NCBI GenBank assembly: GCA_950097015.1
Contig: CATNEN010000001.1
Span: 26,474,001 to 26,538,000 of the forward strand
DNA: 64,000 bases
Origin: Macrostomum hystrix
Taxonomy: Eukaryota > Animalia > Platyhelminthes
Direction of reading: 5' to 3'
Below, one piece after another: positions 45,341 through 57,000 of this stretch (positions are counted from its first letter, which is position 1; the number at the start of each line of letters is the position of its first letter). Below the pieces are notes generated by a model, which saw nothing but the letters and a program-made list of their open reading frames with translations, was not told the DNA's origin and did not search any database. The position numbers and the translations under genes were made by a program.

Positions 45341-48049
45341 ACGAACGGAAAACTAAAAGTGTTTATCAACTGCAGGCTGGTAAAGTGATTGTAAGTGATT
45401 GGTAACATCAATAATTTTTTAAGTGCCTATTGAATCAAGGACAACCCGGAGTAGAAGGACGGATGTAGTGTCAGCTTGTTTGTCCTTCTTATATCTCCCC
45501 TTCTATTTTTTGCGCATTTTTAACTTAGTAAATTTTTATGGTAATTTTACGCAAGAAAAATTATGTACAATATTTATTATATTTGTACAATATTTATGTA
45601 CTTTGTATTTATGTACAATACGTAAAATATTTACACTACAATTACAAAATTACATTTCTATTAAAGCTAGAAATAAATAGCGAATACTAATTTATATATT
45701 CGTTAATTAGTACTTAATTGCAAGAGGAACACAGGATGGTCAAGCTAATTTTACTAGTCTGTTGTATATTAAATTTAAGTCCTACGACATGTTATTTAGT
45801 TAAGAAAACCGTATGAAAATCAAAATTTTATGTACAAAACTTAATAAAATTCGGTAGAGCAGCATGTTAGGCAAGTTATATCTAAAGAACAGCTTTCTAT
45901 ATGCTTCCAATCAAAAGCTGTCACCATTTTAATCTGAAAAATTTCCTATCTCCGTAGTGTTTTGGTTTCACGAAAACCAGCCTTTCATTTTTTCTAAAGA
46001 ATGTAGTTTCTCGTCCTTCAACTGCTCAAGGACCACTGGAGTACGTCGTCGTTATAGTCGTTCTAGTCTAGTAGTCCTTGCAACTGCTATTGATCCTTGA
46101 AGACAGCGTAGGTGTCTTTTTATTTAGGTTTTTTTTCATAAGGCTGCATCCCTCAGGCAAGCCATTTTTTATTATTTTAGATTTTATTTTAAGAACGTTA
46201 GCCGTTAGAGTTTCTATTCGTCTTAATATCAGTGAAAGCAATGGTTATAATGTGTTACGAATTCTAAAACGTCGCACTAAAGGAAGGCTGAATTTAGCAA
46301 TCGGCCCATTCTTTTAGGCATCATTGAGCCGTTTATGAATATCAAGCATGGTTTATTTGAAGTCCCGAGTTTCTTGAAACTACTCTTTTTGCAACTAATT
46401 AGCGTCGATCGGCTTATATTTCGTTATTTTAAACAACGCAATTAAATTTAAATATCTATTAAAATTCTATATTTCGTATAACTTTAGCTTAACAATATAT
46501 TATTTATTTACTTAAAGATGTGCCATAAGTCTATGCAAATAGGCGATCAAAAGCAAAATTTATTACCTACTTATTAACCGAAAAGAATAACTTGTTATCT
46601 TATTTTGTCCGAAATTGTACCCTAATTACCGCGTCATTCGATTTCTACTTTGAATCAGCTCGCAGGTTCAAGTTTTAATTCTTCTCTGTTAGCGGCTGTG
46701 CTAAGCTTATAAAAGAGGTTGCTTCTCTCCTATGATTATAATTTTGTGAAAATATGGCCATTCATAACAAGCCTCCACTTTGTATTACTTAATGGTCAAA
46801 GTGGATTTAACAGAATAAAGAAAGCACAAAATTTACTTTTAAGATTGTAAACTATTATAATTTAGGTAAAAATCGTAGGAATTAATGCCACACATTCTAT
46901 TATTATTATTCCGCATGGCTAAAAGCATTTTGATGGAAGGTCAGATGCAGAGCTCTGTCTTGACACAAAACGAAAAATGTTACTTCGCAGTTCACTTTTT
47001 GCGATTTAAAATTTTTCCATTTTCCTATTGAAAAGAACATTATTTAAAATGAATGCTATTCATATCTAGGAATAAAATTGAATAAATGGACATTTTACTC
47101 TTCTAGATACTATAAAAAAGAACTATATTTTATTTCCTGCTGGCTATCATAATTTCATGTTAATCATGCATATGTAACAGGGCTTGTCTCTCTACTTTTC
47201 TTTCTAATGGTAGCATATCACTCGGCACGAGCGGTTTAACCTTCTAAGGCACTGGCTTACTATTCTCCAGTCTTTGCTGGGCGTTTTCTGTGGATCAGAG
47301 GGTCACAGCCTCAAATAACCAACTCAACACTTTTCTTCTTCAGTAATAGCTTATTTGCTTTTCGCCACACAGGCACATTGATTTGTCTCAACTGAATTAC
47401 ACTCGTTTATATTCACAAAAGAAAATGTTTGTTAAAGTAAACGAATTTGACAAAATATTTAAAATATTTTACATATAAAAAATATTTAGCACATTCAAAC
47501 AAAAAGCATAGGCACGAATTTGACTTTAAAGAAATAATAAAAGCATCCCTACTACACATATAAGAGTTAAATAAAGCTGGAGTTATGAAAAGTTGTCCCA
47601 AAAACAACAAAAATTTTTTTTTGAAAAAAATGTTTGAAAATCGAAAGAGCTCTGTTTAATTTTGCTTCTTTAAAGTACAAGAGAATTACCACTGACAAAA
47701 CCGACAAAAGAAATGTAGAGAAACGCATTTTTAATGTGCTTTGATACTAAGGCATAGTTTAGTTTTCACACTTATCTCGCAGTAAAATTTTAAGAGAAGT
47801 GTCTATTGTCTCTTTTATAGAATGCAAGAGAAGTCTCACCAGTTCGCATTACTGAAGACAGATTAGTCTAAAGTCCAGGAAATAAAACTGAGAAAGCACA
47901 GTTATAAATAAGAATTAAACCACAAAACTTTTTCCCGACTTGCTATTTCAGTTTGGTGTCCCGAAACAACATGCTTGCGAGCTGATATGCTGCTGTAGGC
48001 AGTCAGTCAAAATTGAACGCTTCGGCATCAGTTTCAGTAAATTCCGAGA

Positions 48050-51000
48050 ATGAATTTCCAGAAGCATAATTCCCAACATGCTGGTCTCACTGATTGCTAT
48101 AATCTACTTATGAGTGGCGTCATGACAGACCTCCCTGAACTCAACTCTGTGCGCGTTTTTGTTAGCTCAACTTTCTCAGGCGAGTAAAAGCAATGTCTAG
48201 GCCTAGGGATCACATTCATTTGTTCTGATAGCCATGAAGAGAAGGCTCTGGAGCATTTTAGTGTAGAATAATTTCTGCTCTAAAGGAGTGGGCAGAATAG
48301 GCAGAATTGGCTTATGGTTCACTGTCACGAAAGTCACACCACACCAAAGCAACTGGAAGCAGGATATTTTGCAGTATAAAATCTGCAAATCTATCATATA
48401 CTCGTAGAACCCGCCAGTATCCACTCACATAAAAAGCAATCCATTTAAAAATAGGACATTTATTATTTGCAGATTTTTATAGGGAAAGAAATGTGTTAAT
48501 GCAAACCGTGTATCCGAAGCTGAAGCACTTCTGCAGAGAGAAACACGGACTGATCCTTCAGGTAAATTCACTCGATTATATTTTTGTTGAGTTAACTCAT
48601 AAAATCTGTCCACTTACTCGTATCTATGATAAACTGAAGACATTAGACATTATACAACCTGAATGAATATCATATCAAAGACTGTCGAGTCGACATGCGC
48701 TGGGGCATTCAAGAGAGCGCAACGTGGATAATGTGGATAACACCCATTACACAACAGGCCCTTACAAGAGCCCGCCGTGTAATGGAGACATTAACCCCGC
48801 CACCCGAGCAAAAGAAGGCGAAGCAGAAAAGCGTCGGTGGCACAAAGCAGCGCTAGGAGGGGAAAGCGACCCCAAACCCCGAAAGAAAAAAGGGGGGAGA
48901 AAACCACAAAAGGCAAAAGTCAAACAGCACAGAGAAATCAGACAGTTAGCTTCACAATGCGAGACAGTTGACAAGCTGCCTGGACGCTGGACTCGACTTC
49001 TGCGTGCAAACGAGGCGTCGTCTGAGAAGTATCGGAAGACGCAGTCCGATTGCCAATCGCCGAGGCAGCGAATGTCGGCCAAGGAGAGGCCGCACGCGAA
49101 GGCAGCGCTGGCTCCGCCTCGGCGAAGACTGTGGCCTGAGAAGCCGCTCGCATTGAAGCCGCAAAATGACAGACCTCGCTTCAGAAGTCGAATGAAGGTC
49201 GAGACGGGCATGGGCACGTGGCCGTGGGCTCCCAGAATTGAGAACAAAGGCAGATGCGGCTTGAAAATCTCGTTCACGCACAGATGGTTGGCCAGGGCCG
49301 TGGCTGGGCAGATCTGCTGGCTGTTCGCGGCTTGCGGTAGGAAAACTTGTAGCTGGTGTCCCTTGAATTGGTTGGTTTTAGACTTGCTGAGTGTCAGCCG
49401 GAAGCCTCCAGGGCGCGTTGACAAAGAACTCCTGCGCAGTGAGTCTGCTGTGGCGGGAGGCAGCAGCTCCCGCCACAGATGGACGCCCCACCAGGAGACC
49501 AGCAACGCCGCCCTGAAGGCAGCAAGGAGACGCGGTGATGGTGACTGATGGAACATGGGGCAGCTGCGAAGGTGGTGGGGTTGCAGTGGTGTCGCTCGTC
49601 TCGGCTGCTGAGCCAGGAGGCGCCGCGCCCCTCAGCAGGGGAGTGCCAGCCTGGCGCTGTTTTTTGGTCGGATCTGGTGACGCTGAAGCCCTGTGTAGGA
49701 ATGAGACCGCGCTGAGGCTTGATTGCACGCTGGAGTACGAGGCAGTTCCGCGCTGCAGGAGGAAGACGACGAAGTGGCACACGTCGGACTCGGAAGCGGC
49801 GACCGCAGGAACTCGACGCTGTCGGCAGAATTCGCTCCAGACTCGCAGGCGGCTGGCATAGGACTTCCTGGTGCTGTGTGCCAGCGACAGCCGGCACAGA
49901 GCGGACACTGACACGACGGGGCGGTGCGGAGCGCGGCTGCGACCTGTGAAAGAAGAGCGGTGCGGGACACGGCAGAGACAATGTGCGAGACAAGTTCAAT
50001 CGGGCAGATGCGCAGGGTGCCATAGAGGCGACAGCAAAAATTGACCAGCTCGTGCTTAGAGCTCTCCATTATGGAAGCAGGGTCTCTCAGCAGCTGCATA
50101 CGACCAGGGAGGTGAAAAGCTTGCAGCTGAATCCCGGAGGCCAGGCACAGAAGGGCCACAGTCTGGTAGATGCGGATCAGCGAGGGATGCCTGCAGGACA
50201 GCTTGTTGATCATGCCGACGGCGGCGGTGCTGTCAGAGTAGACCACCCGGCTGTTGCTCAGCTGCTCACGGAAATGCAGGATGGTCAGCAGTGGCACCAG
50301 GGCCTCCTTGTGGTTGATGTGGAGGTCGCGGAAGTCAGCCTCGAAGTCGTGCTCCCAGCTGAAGTAGATCCAGTCGCTGAAGCTGCTGCCGCAGACGATG
50401 CCTGCCGCGCCTTCAGAACTGCTGTCAGACTCGATGGCCACCAGCTGTCGAAAACGAGGATGCATGGGCGTCGGAGGCAGCGCATCGATGGACAACAGCC
50501 ACCAGTGCAGTAGATCGCGAACATCTTGAGACAGTCGAAGGTCAGTCCCGACATTGATGATGTCGAAGAGCGGGCGCAGAAACGGACGAAGCAGCTGGTT
50601 GATCTGACTGACCCAGCAGAGCTTCCCAACCAGCTTCTCCAACTGCTTCGGCTTGACGACGTCACGAGCCAAGCACTCACTCAGCAGATTCTGGATGTCC
50701 GTCTTCTTGTCGGCAGGCAGAGAGAGCGTCCCGTCAACGGTGTTGATGTGCACGCCCAGGAACACGACATGCTGGGCTGGGGCGCTTGACTTGCTCCAAT
50801 TGATGCTAAAGCCTAAGTTCTGCAGCAGGTGCACCAGGTAGTCGAAGGCTCGCTGAGCAGCATCTTGGGACTCGCCGGCCACCGCCCAGTCGTCCAAGTA
50901 GTTGACGGTAGCGCGAAAGCCTTGCTGGAGCATGTGCCGCTTGATTCTGGCTGACAGACGGTGAAAAATCTCGCACGATGCTCGCGCTCCAAATGGCAGC

Positions 51001-54000
51001 CGGGTGTCGACGAGCACCGAGTCTTCGGTGTCAGCCTCAAAGCGCCAGCTTAGACCTGTGAGCCTATGGTTGTCCGGATGAATACCGACTGAACGATAGG
51101 CCTGCTTCAGGTCGATTCCGATGAAGGAGCCGGGCCGAAGGTGCCTGGCCAGGTCTCGGAGCCTCGGACTGAGGCGAATCGCAGACTCTTCTCCTGCTCA
51201 TAGCTGTCATTGACGGAGGATCCCGGAGGGCTCGAAAGGTCGTGGATGATCCTGACGCTACCATCAGACTTTGGAATAGCACCGATCGCATTCAACATGA
51301 CGGGACCGCTGGCGAGCAAAAGGCGACCGAGGCGGAGCTCCTCAGCGAGCTGCTGGTCCACCTGCTTAGCTTGGGTGATGGTCGAGCTGTAGTTTTTGGA
51401 GCGCGTTAAAACAGGCGGCGGCTTGTTGATCAGCCGAAAGCCGTGATGAAGGCCATTGAGCAGAAAAGTTTCATCCGGGTCGCCGCGCAGCAGTGGCTCC
51501 CAGGCAGCGAGGTTCATGTCGGATGACAGAGTGCGACGCGGCGGAGGTGGCGGGGCAGAAGAGCGGGTGGGGGCGGGGGGAGGCAAGAAAGGGGGAGGGG
51601 CAGGCAGGGGATAAAAGCAGGTTGGTTGTAAAATAAATCTAGTTTTTTATCCCCTCCGCCGCATCGATGCCGTCGTTGGCCGGTCGGTGCTGGTGGGCGG
51701 GGTGCGGCTTGCCGCAGCCTCGCAGCTTGCAGGCGTGGCGGTACCTGCAGTTGGACCGTTAGCAGCCGGCAGGAGCGTTGAAGCTGAGGCAGATCGGCGC
51801 TTGCGACTGAGCAGCTGCTGGCTTGTTCACGGTGAAATTCAGGTTCCGCGGGTCGTTCAGGTAGCGGTGGTACAGCTGAGGCGGCTCACAGCCCCACTGG
51901 TGCGAATCAGACTCTGCCATCATCTTTCGCTAATCATCATCGAACTCCCACACGACGCCAGGGTTATAGCCGGCATCGAGCAGCTCGCCGATCTTCCGTG
52001 AGTACTGTAGGTAGCCTTTCAGCTGATTGACGTTGATGGAACCGTCATCAGGTGGACCAATGAGCCATCGTCGATGAGGCGCAGCATGATCTGGGAGTTT
52101 CCGGAGATCCACTGACCAACTGAAATTCTGCTCAAGCTGGGAGGCTGCTTCTTGAACACTAGATTTCCGTTCTCCATGCAGGCGGTGAGGCTCTCGTTCG
52201 ACTGACTGGCGCTCGGTTTGACGGAGTCGCGGATCAGGTAGGCTCGGCTGCGCTTGAGCTCCTGCTGACTGGTGCCGAGCTCTGCAACTTCCCTGCCCAA
52301 CAGCAAGGACTCATGCAATCTAACAGCAATTTCGCTCTGCTCACCTTGTGGTGTAAGACTAGGGGTCCGCTGGTGCTGAGGCAGTTTGAGCTCACTTTGC
52401 AGCTGGGCACGGCGTCGAGTCAATGCCTCAATTTCTAGGTCCTCGACTTCCTTCCGCAGCGCCGCCAGGTCGCCGGCCGCGCCTCGCGATGCACCGCCTC
52501 CGCCCGCTGGCTGGCCGCCGATGGTATCCGATGTAGGGCTGGCGCTGCTGAGGTCGGCTGTCTCTGCCACGGCGCGCAGGTGATTGCAAAGTCGCTCGTA
52601 GAGCTGCTGTTTACGCCCGGTTTGAGACAGGCCGTAGTTGGCTAGCTCTTGTTTGAGCTGCTTAGTTGTCAGTTTGCGTGCACTGTCGATTAAAAAAATT
52701 TACACGCGAGCCAAAAAAATTCAGCCAATGCGACACGCGAGCCAAAGCACGGCACGCGGGTATATAACACCCCACCCCCCATAAGGGGTGGGTGAGTAAG
52801 CAGCGAGAAAAAAGGGGGTGGGTGGATAACACCCATTGCACAACAGGCCCTTACAAGAGCCCGCCGTGTAATGGAGACACTTACTCGTATCTATGATAAA
52901 CTTAAGACTAAAGACATTATACAACCTGAAAGACTGTCGACATGCGCTGGGGCATTCAAGAGAGCGCAACGTGGATAATGTGGATAATACCCATTGCACT
53001 CATAACGCAACGAGAGCTCAATTGGCTGCAGAAATCTGTTATTCGGAACTTCAGCACTGTCAGCGAATGGTAAGAACATGAAGAAAACCTTAACCATAAT
53101 ACACTTATAGCAGACTTTTTCCTGGCTGCAAGGCATTTACTAATTTTTACTGGCAAGACAATGTAATAAAATCGTAACAGAACAAAAATATTTCAGGGCA
53201 TCCTGGGCCACCGATACGGAAGTTGTCAGTTGCCATTCAGGGTTCGGCAGTCTGACCTGGTGGCACTGGAGAGGGCCATGATGGCTCAGGGCAAGCACGC
53301 TGCTGCAGACCTCCTGCACAAGCTCTATCGACTGGATGAGAACCAGCTGCCACCTGTGTTCACTCTGCAGTCTGTTGCCAGCATGGACGAGGAGTCGCAG
53401 CTGTTGGAAGCGGCAGAATCCGCTGCAACTGCCGCGTTGGAAGCAGGCGAGCTGACAGACGGGACTGCTCTGGAGTTCACAGCGTCAGTCACGCACCTGG
53501 AGTTTGTCCACGGAATCGTGAATTGCAGACAAGAGCGACGTCGAGACGCGCTGCTGTTTTGTCGTGAGATCAGCGACCTGAGGGAGCGTGACAGCAACGT
53601 TTCGAACGCCAGGTTCGCCGAGACGAGCGCCAGCGGAGGCCTTGATGAGGCCATGCTTGAGAAGCTGGAGCAGCTCAAGAGACACGAACTGCCTCGTCTG
53701 TTACCGGCTGACAACTCGGTTGAGTACCGACTGACGTGGCAGTCTCTGGTTGACTCCGATCCATCATACGAGAACCGGCTTGCCAGCGACTTCGAGAAGC
53801 ACTTGCGTCGTCTGATTGAGCGAGCAGTGAGAGATGTGTCAGCTCTTGAGTCCGACAGCCTGTACACAGAGGTGCTTCAGCACTCCCACCAATGTGTGAA
53901 CTACGTGAGCCAGTTCCAGGGTCGCGAGGACACGATGGCCACTGTTCAAGGCTATATCATGGGGTCATCGCGACGTCCTCTTGTGATTCACGGTTGCTCC

Positions 54001-57000
54001 GGGTGCGGCAAGACGTCGGTGCTTGCTCGAGCGGGGAACCTGGCTCGACAGTGGCTTCCGGAGACTGAGCGAGACGGCGCACTGGTTTTGGTTCGGTTTC
54101 TCGGAACAAGTCCCGCCACATCAAGCATCCGACAGACTCTGCGGTCACTGTGTGAGCAGCTGGCTGTGTTTCTACATCACTCAAATGTCGAGTCTTTTCA
54201 GCATGCAGACGTCTTTCGCGATCTGGTAGACACTTTTTACTCGATCTGTAAAGCTGCCGCACTGCAAAATCGAAAGTACGTGTTATCATTGATGCTATCT
54301 TATAAAAAACGATAAATGGTATTAGCATAGAGAATTGGGATTTTGTAATCGTCGATATGAAACATTACATCTCTTGAATGGCATAAGGCTTTCTTTTCCC
54401 ACGACGAAAGTCCTCTTGAAAAAAACGATGCCTTCTCCAAACAGAGTTAGCTAGTCACCAAGGCGTCAATTCGAACAAAACCTTAGGCAAAACTAACTCG
54501 TTGATCCACCACACTCTGCTATTTAAAGGATCCTGATATTTCTGGACTCGGTGGACCAGCTGGACTCTTCTGACGGAGCCTACACAATGAGCTGGATGCA
54601 CAGTGAGCTGCCTGAGAATGTGAAACTCGTGCTCAGTACTCTGCCCGACCTGTTCGGCATCCTGGACAGGTGTCGGCTGCTGCTGGACAATGATCCAGCG
54701 TGCTTCGTTGAGGTCCGAGCTCTGGAGCCGTCGCTGTGCAGCGACATTGTCCGAGCTCTACTCGCATCTCGCAGCCGATGCCTGACCGATTCGCAGTGGT
54801 CGATTGTTCGAGACGCATTCGAGGTCTGTAGCTTGCCAATCTACATGAACCTGTTGTTCAAGCAGGCTCTGAGCTGGAGATCGTACACGCCTGTCGACTC
54901 AAAGTCGATCGAGACCTCGGTGCGCGGAGCCATCTTCCAGTTGTTCCGCCAGCTGGAGCGGCAGTTCGGGAAGCTGCTGGTGTCCCACTCGCTGTCCTAC
55001 ATCACAGCATCTCGGAGTGGACTGAGCGAGCCGGAGCTGGAGGACTTGCTGTCACTGGATGAGGATGTGCTGGGCGAGATCTTTGAGCACCACCTTCCGC
55101 CGTTCATTCGCGTGCCTCCGTTGTCATGGACTCGAGTTCGACACGCGATCGGAGGCTACCTGGTAGAGCGAGAGGCTGACGGCACCCGAGTGCTGTTCTG
55201 GTACCACCGGCAGTTCTGGGAGGTGGCCAACGACTACTTTTTCGCTGACGTCGAGCATGCGAGGGCGACGCACTCGCGGCTGTCGGACTACTTCCTCGGC
55301 GTGTGGGCGGGCAGATCGAAGCCATTTCGGTGTCCTGAGAAGTTGGCCAAGAAGCTGACTCGCAAGGTAAGCAAATCTGCTTGTGAACTATGCAGTCTGT
55401 TGTTTTATTAGAGCGGTACCAATGCTAAAGTCGCGTGTCGTAAACTCGATTTCAGGGCACGACGCCTCCAGCTGAAGCGGACAGACAGGTGGCTCCTCAG
55501 CCGAACGCATTTCAACAGCAGGCAGACAGGACTCGCCGATTCAACCTTCGCAAGCTCAGCGAGCTTCCTTTTCACCTGATTTGCAGTGGGAGAATAGCTG
55601 AATTCCACGACCAGGTGACTTTCAACGCCGACTTTCTTGAATCTCGACTGACCTCGACGTCTCGATATCAGGTGATGCGCGACCTTCAGTTGTTCTTTGA
55701 CCTTGACGAGTCCGAGAGAGGAGATGGAGCAGACGCTGCGGATGCCGAGAGAGTATTCAACTGTATTCGAATCGCTGCACTGAGCCTGAGTCACAGCTGC
55801 TTGGCTCTGGGAGTGGATCTCTGTGGCCGGTTGCAGTCATTCGCTGATAGTTCAACACGCATTCGAAGTCTCCTCGATGGTTCCAGACAGAATGCATTCA
55901 TGACGCGCATTGTTCCGCTGACTGGCTGTTTCGACAGTGGAAGCAGCCTGACGCAGTGCAAAATTCAGGTTCAGTTGGGATTGGCTAAGCTATGTCAAAC
56001 GGGACAGTTTTATGTCGCGTCTGCGCTGGATGGCAGCGCCACTTGGTTTGATCTTTCAGGTAATGCATTAAAGACAGTCAAATGCGATCGCTCCGCCTTT
56101 TTTCATATCCGAAGCGTTAGAACTTTGCCATCTAGCGGTTGTTGCGTCTCTATTGCAAAGGAGGAAGTGAGTGGAAGGGACTCATGGAAGATCTACATGC
56201 TGAATATGTTTACTGGTCGATGGCGCAAAATTTTAGATGATTTACCTTTTAATCTGCCAGCAGATTTCTGCATGACTGAGGATAACGTTTTTAGCTGTTC
56301 TGAGAACCACGTAATTCTGAAGCTCTTTTGCAATCAAGGTGTGCTGTTTCGAGTCCTTAAGGTCAAGCCGTTGATTCATCTGCAGCTGGAAACAGTGATA
56401 AACCAGCGCAAGTCTCGCTTTGCCGACCCAGTGCTCAGCGACGATAAGTATTTGTTCTTTGTTGGAAGGCTCATTGGCCAGGATGATGACGCAGATTCGA
56501 AGGTGGCGCAGTTTAAGCCTCGAGTTCTCATTCTGGATACTATGGCGGATAAAGAGATCCTCTGCCCAGAGTTACAAATCAACAGTCGTAACTTGGATGA
56601 CCAGATTCTGGCCACACACGTTCTAGGCGAGAAGCTTCTTCTCATCACTCGCTCAAAACGGATTTCGAATGTCGATGAGTCTGTCGTTTTCACTGTTCGG
56701 CTACTCACAATCGATGGAAGCGACATTGTTGAGCAAGTTTGCTGGAAAAATTCGGGAAGAAATTGTGAAAAGGACACTTCATTTAGCGCAGTTTTATCAG
56801 GTGACTGCAGCACCTGCGCTCTTCTCTTCCACACTGCTCAGAAGTCGAGCATGGGATATCTGTGCAAGCTAAAGGACGGTGCATTTATCAGCCTCGCCTA
56901 CAATCCAGTTTTAGAGGGGTCGCACAAAGACAAGATGCTGCGAAGCGACAGTGTGGTTGCGTATCCACAGCAGGCAGCGTTTCTCAGCTGCAATGGTGAT

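Larger units (their letters stand above)
48724..52930 (-). mobile_element. Ngaro-like (DIRS order) tyrosine-recombinase retrotransposon, degenerate
   Basis: Order is gag-like, RT/RNase H, tyrosine recombinase, with no methyltransferase. Direct repeats lie at 48733-48790 and 52822-52879; there are several frameshifts. Confidence 0.88.

Noticed and set aside
45400-48000. Short ORFs in the AT-rich spacer
   Set aside because: Low-complexity translations with no domain motifs.
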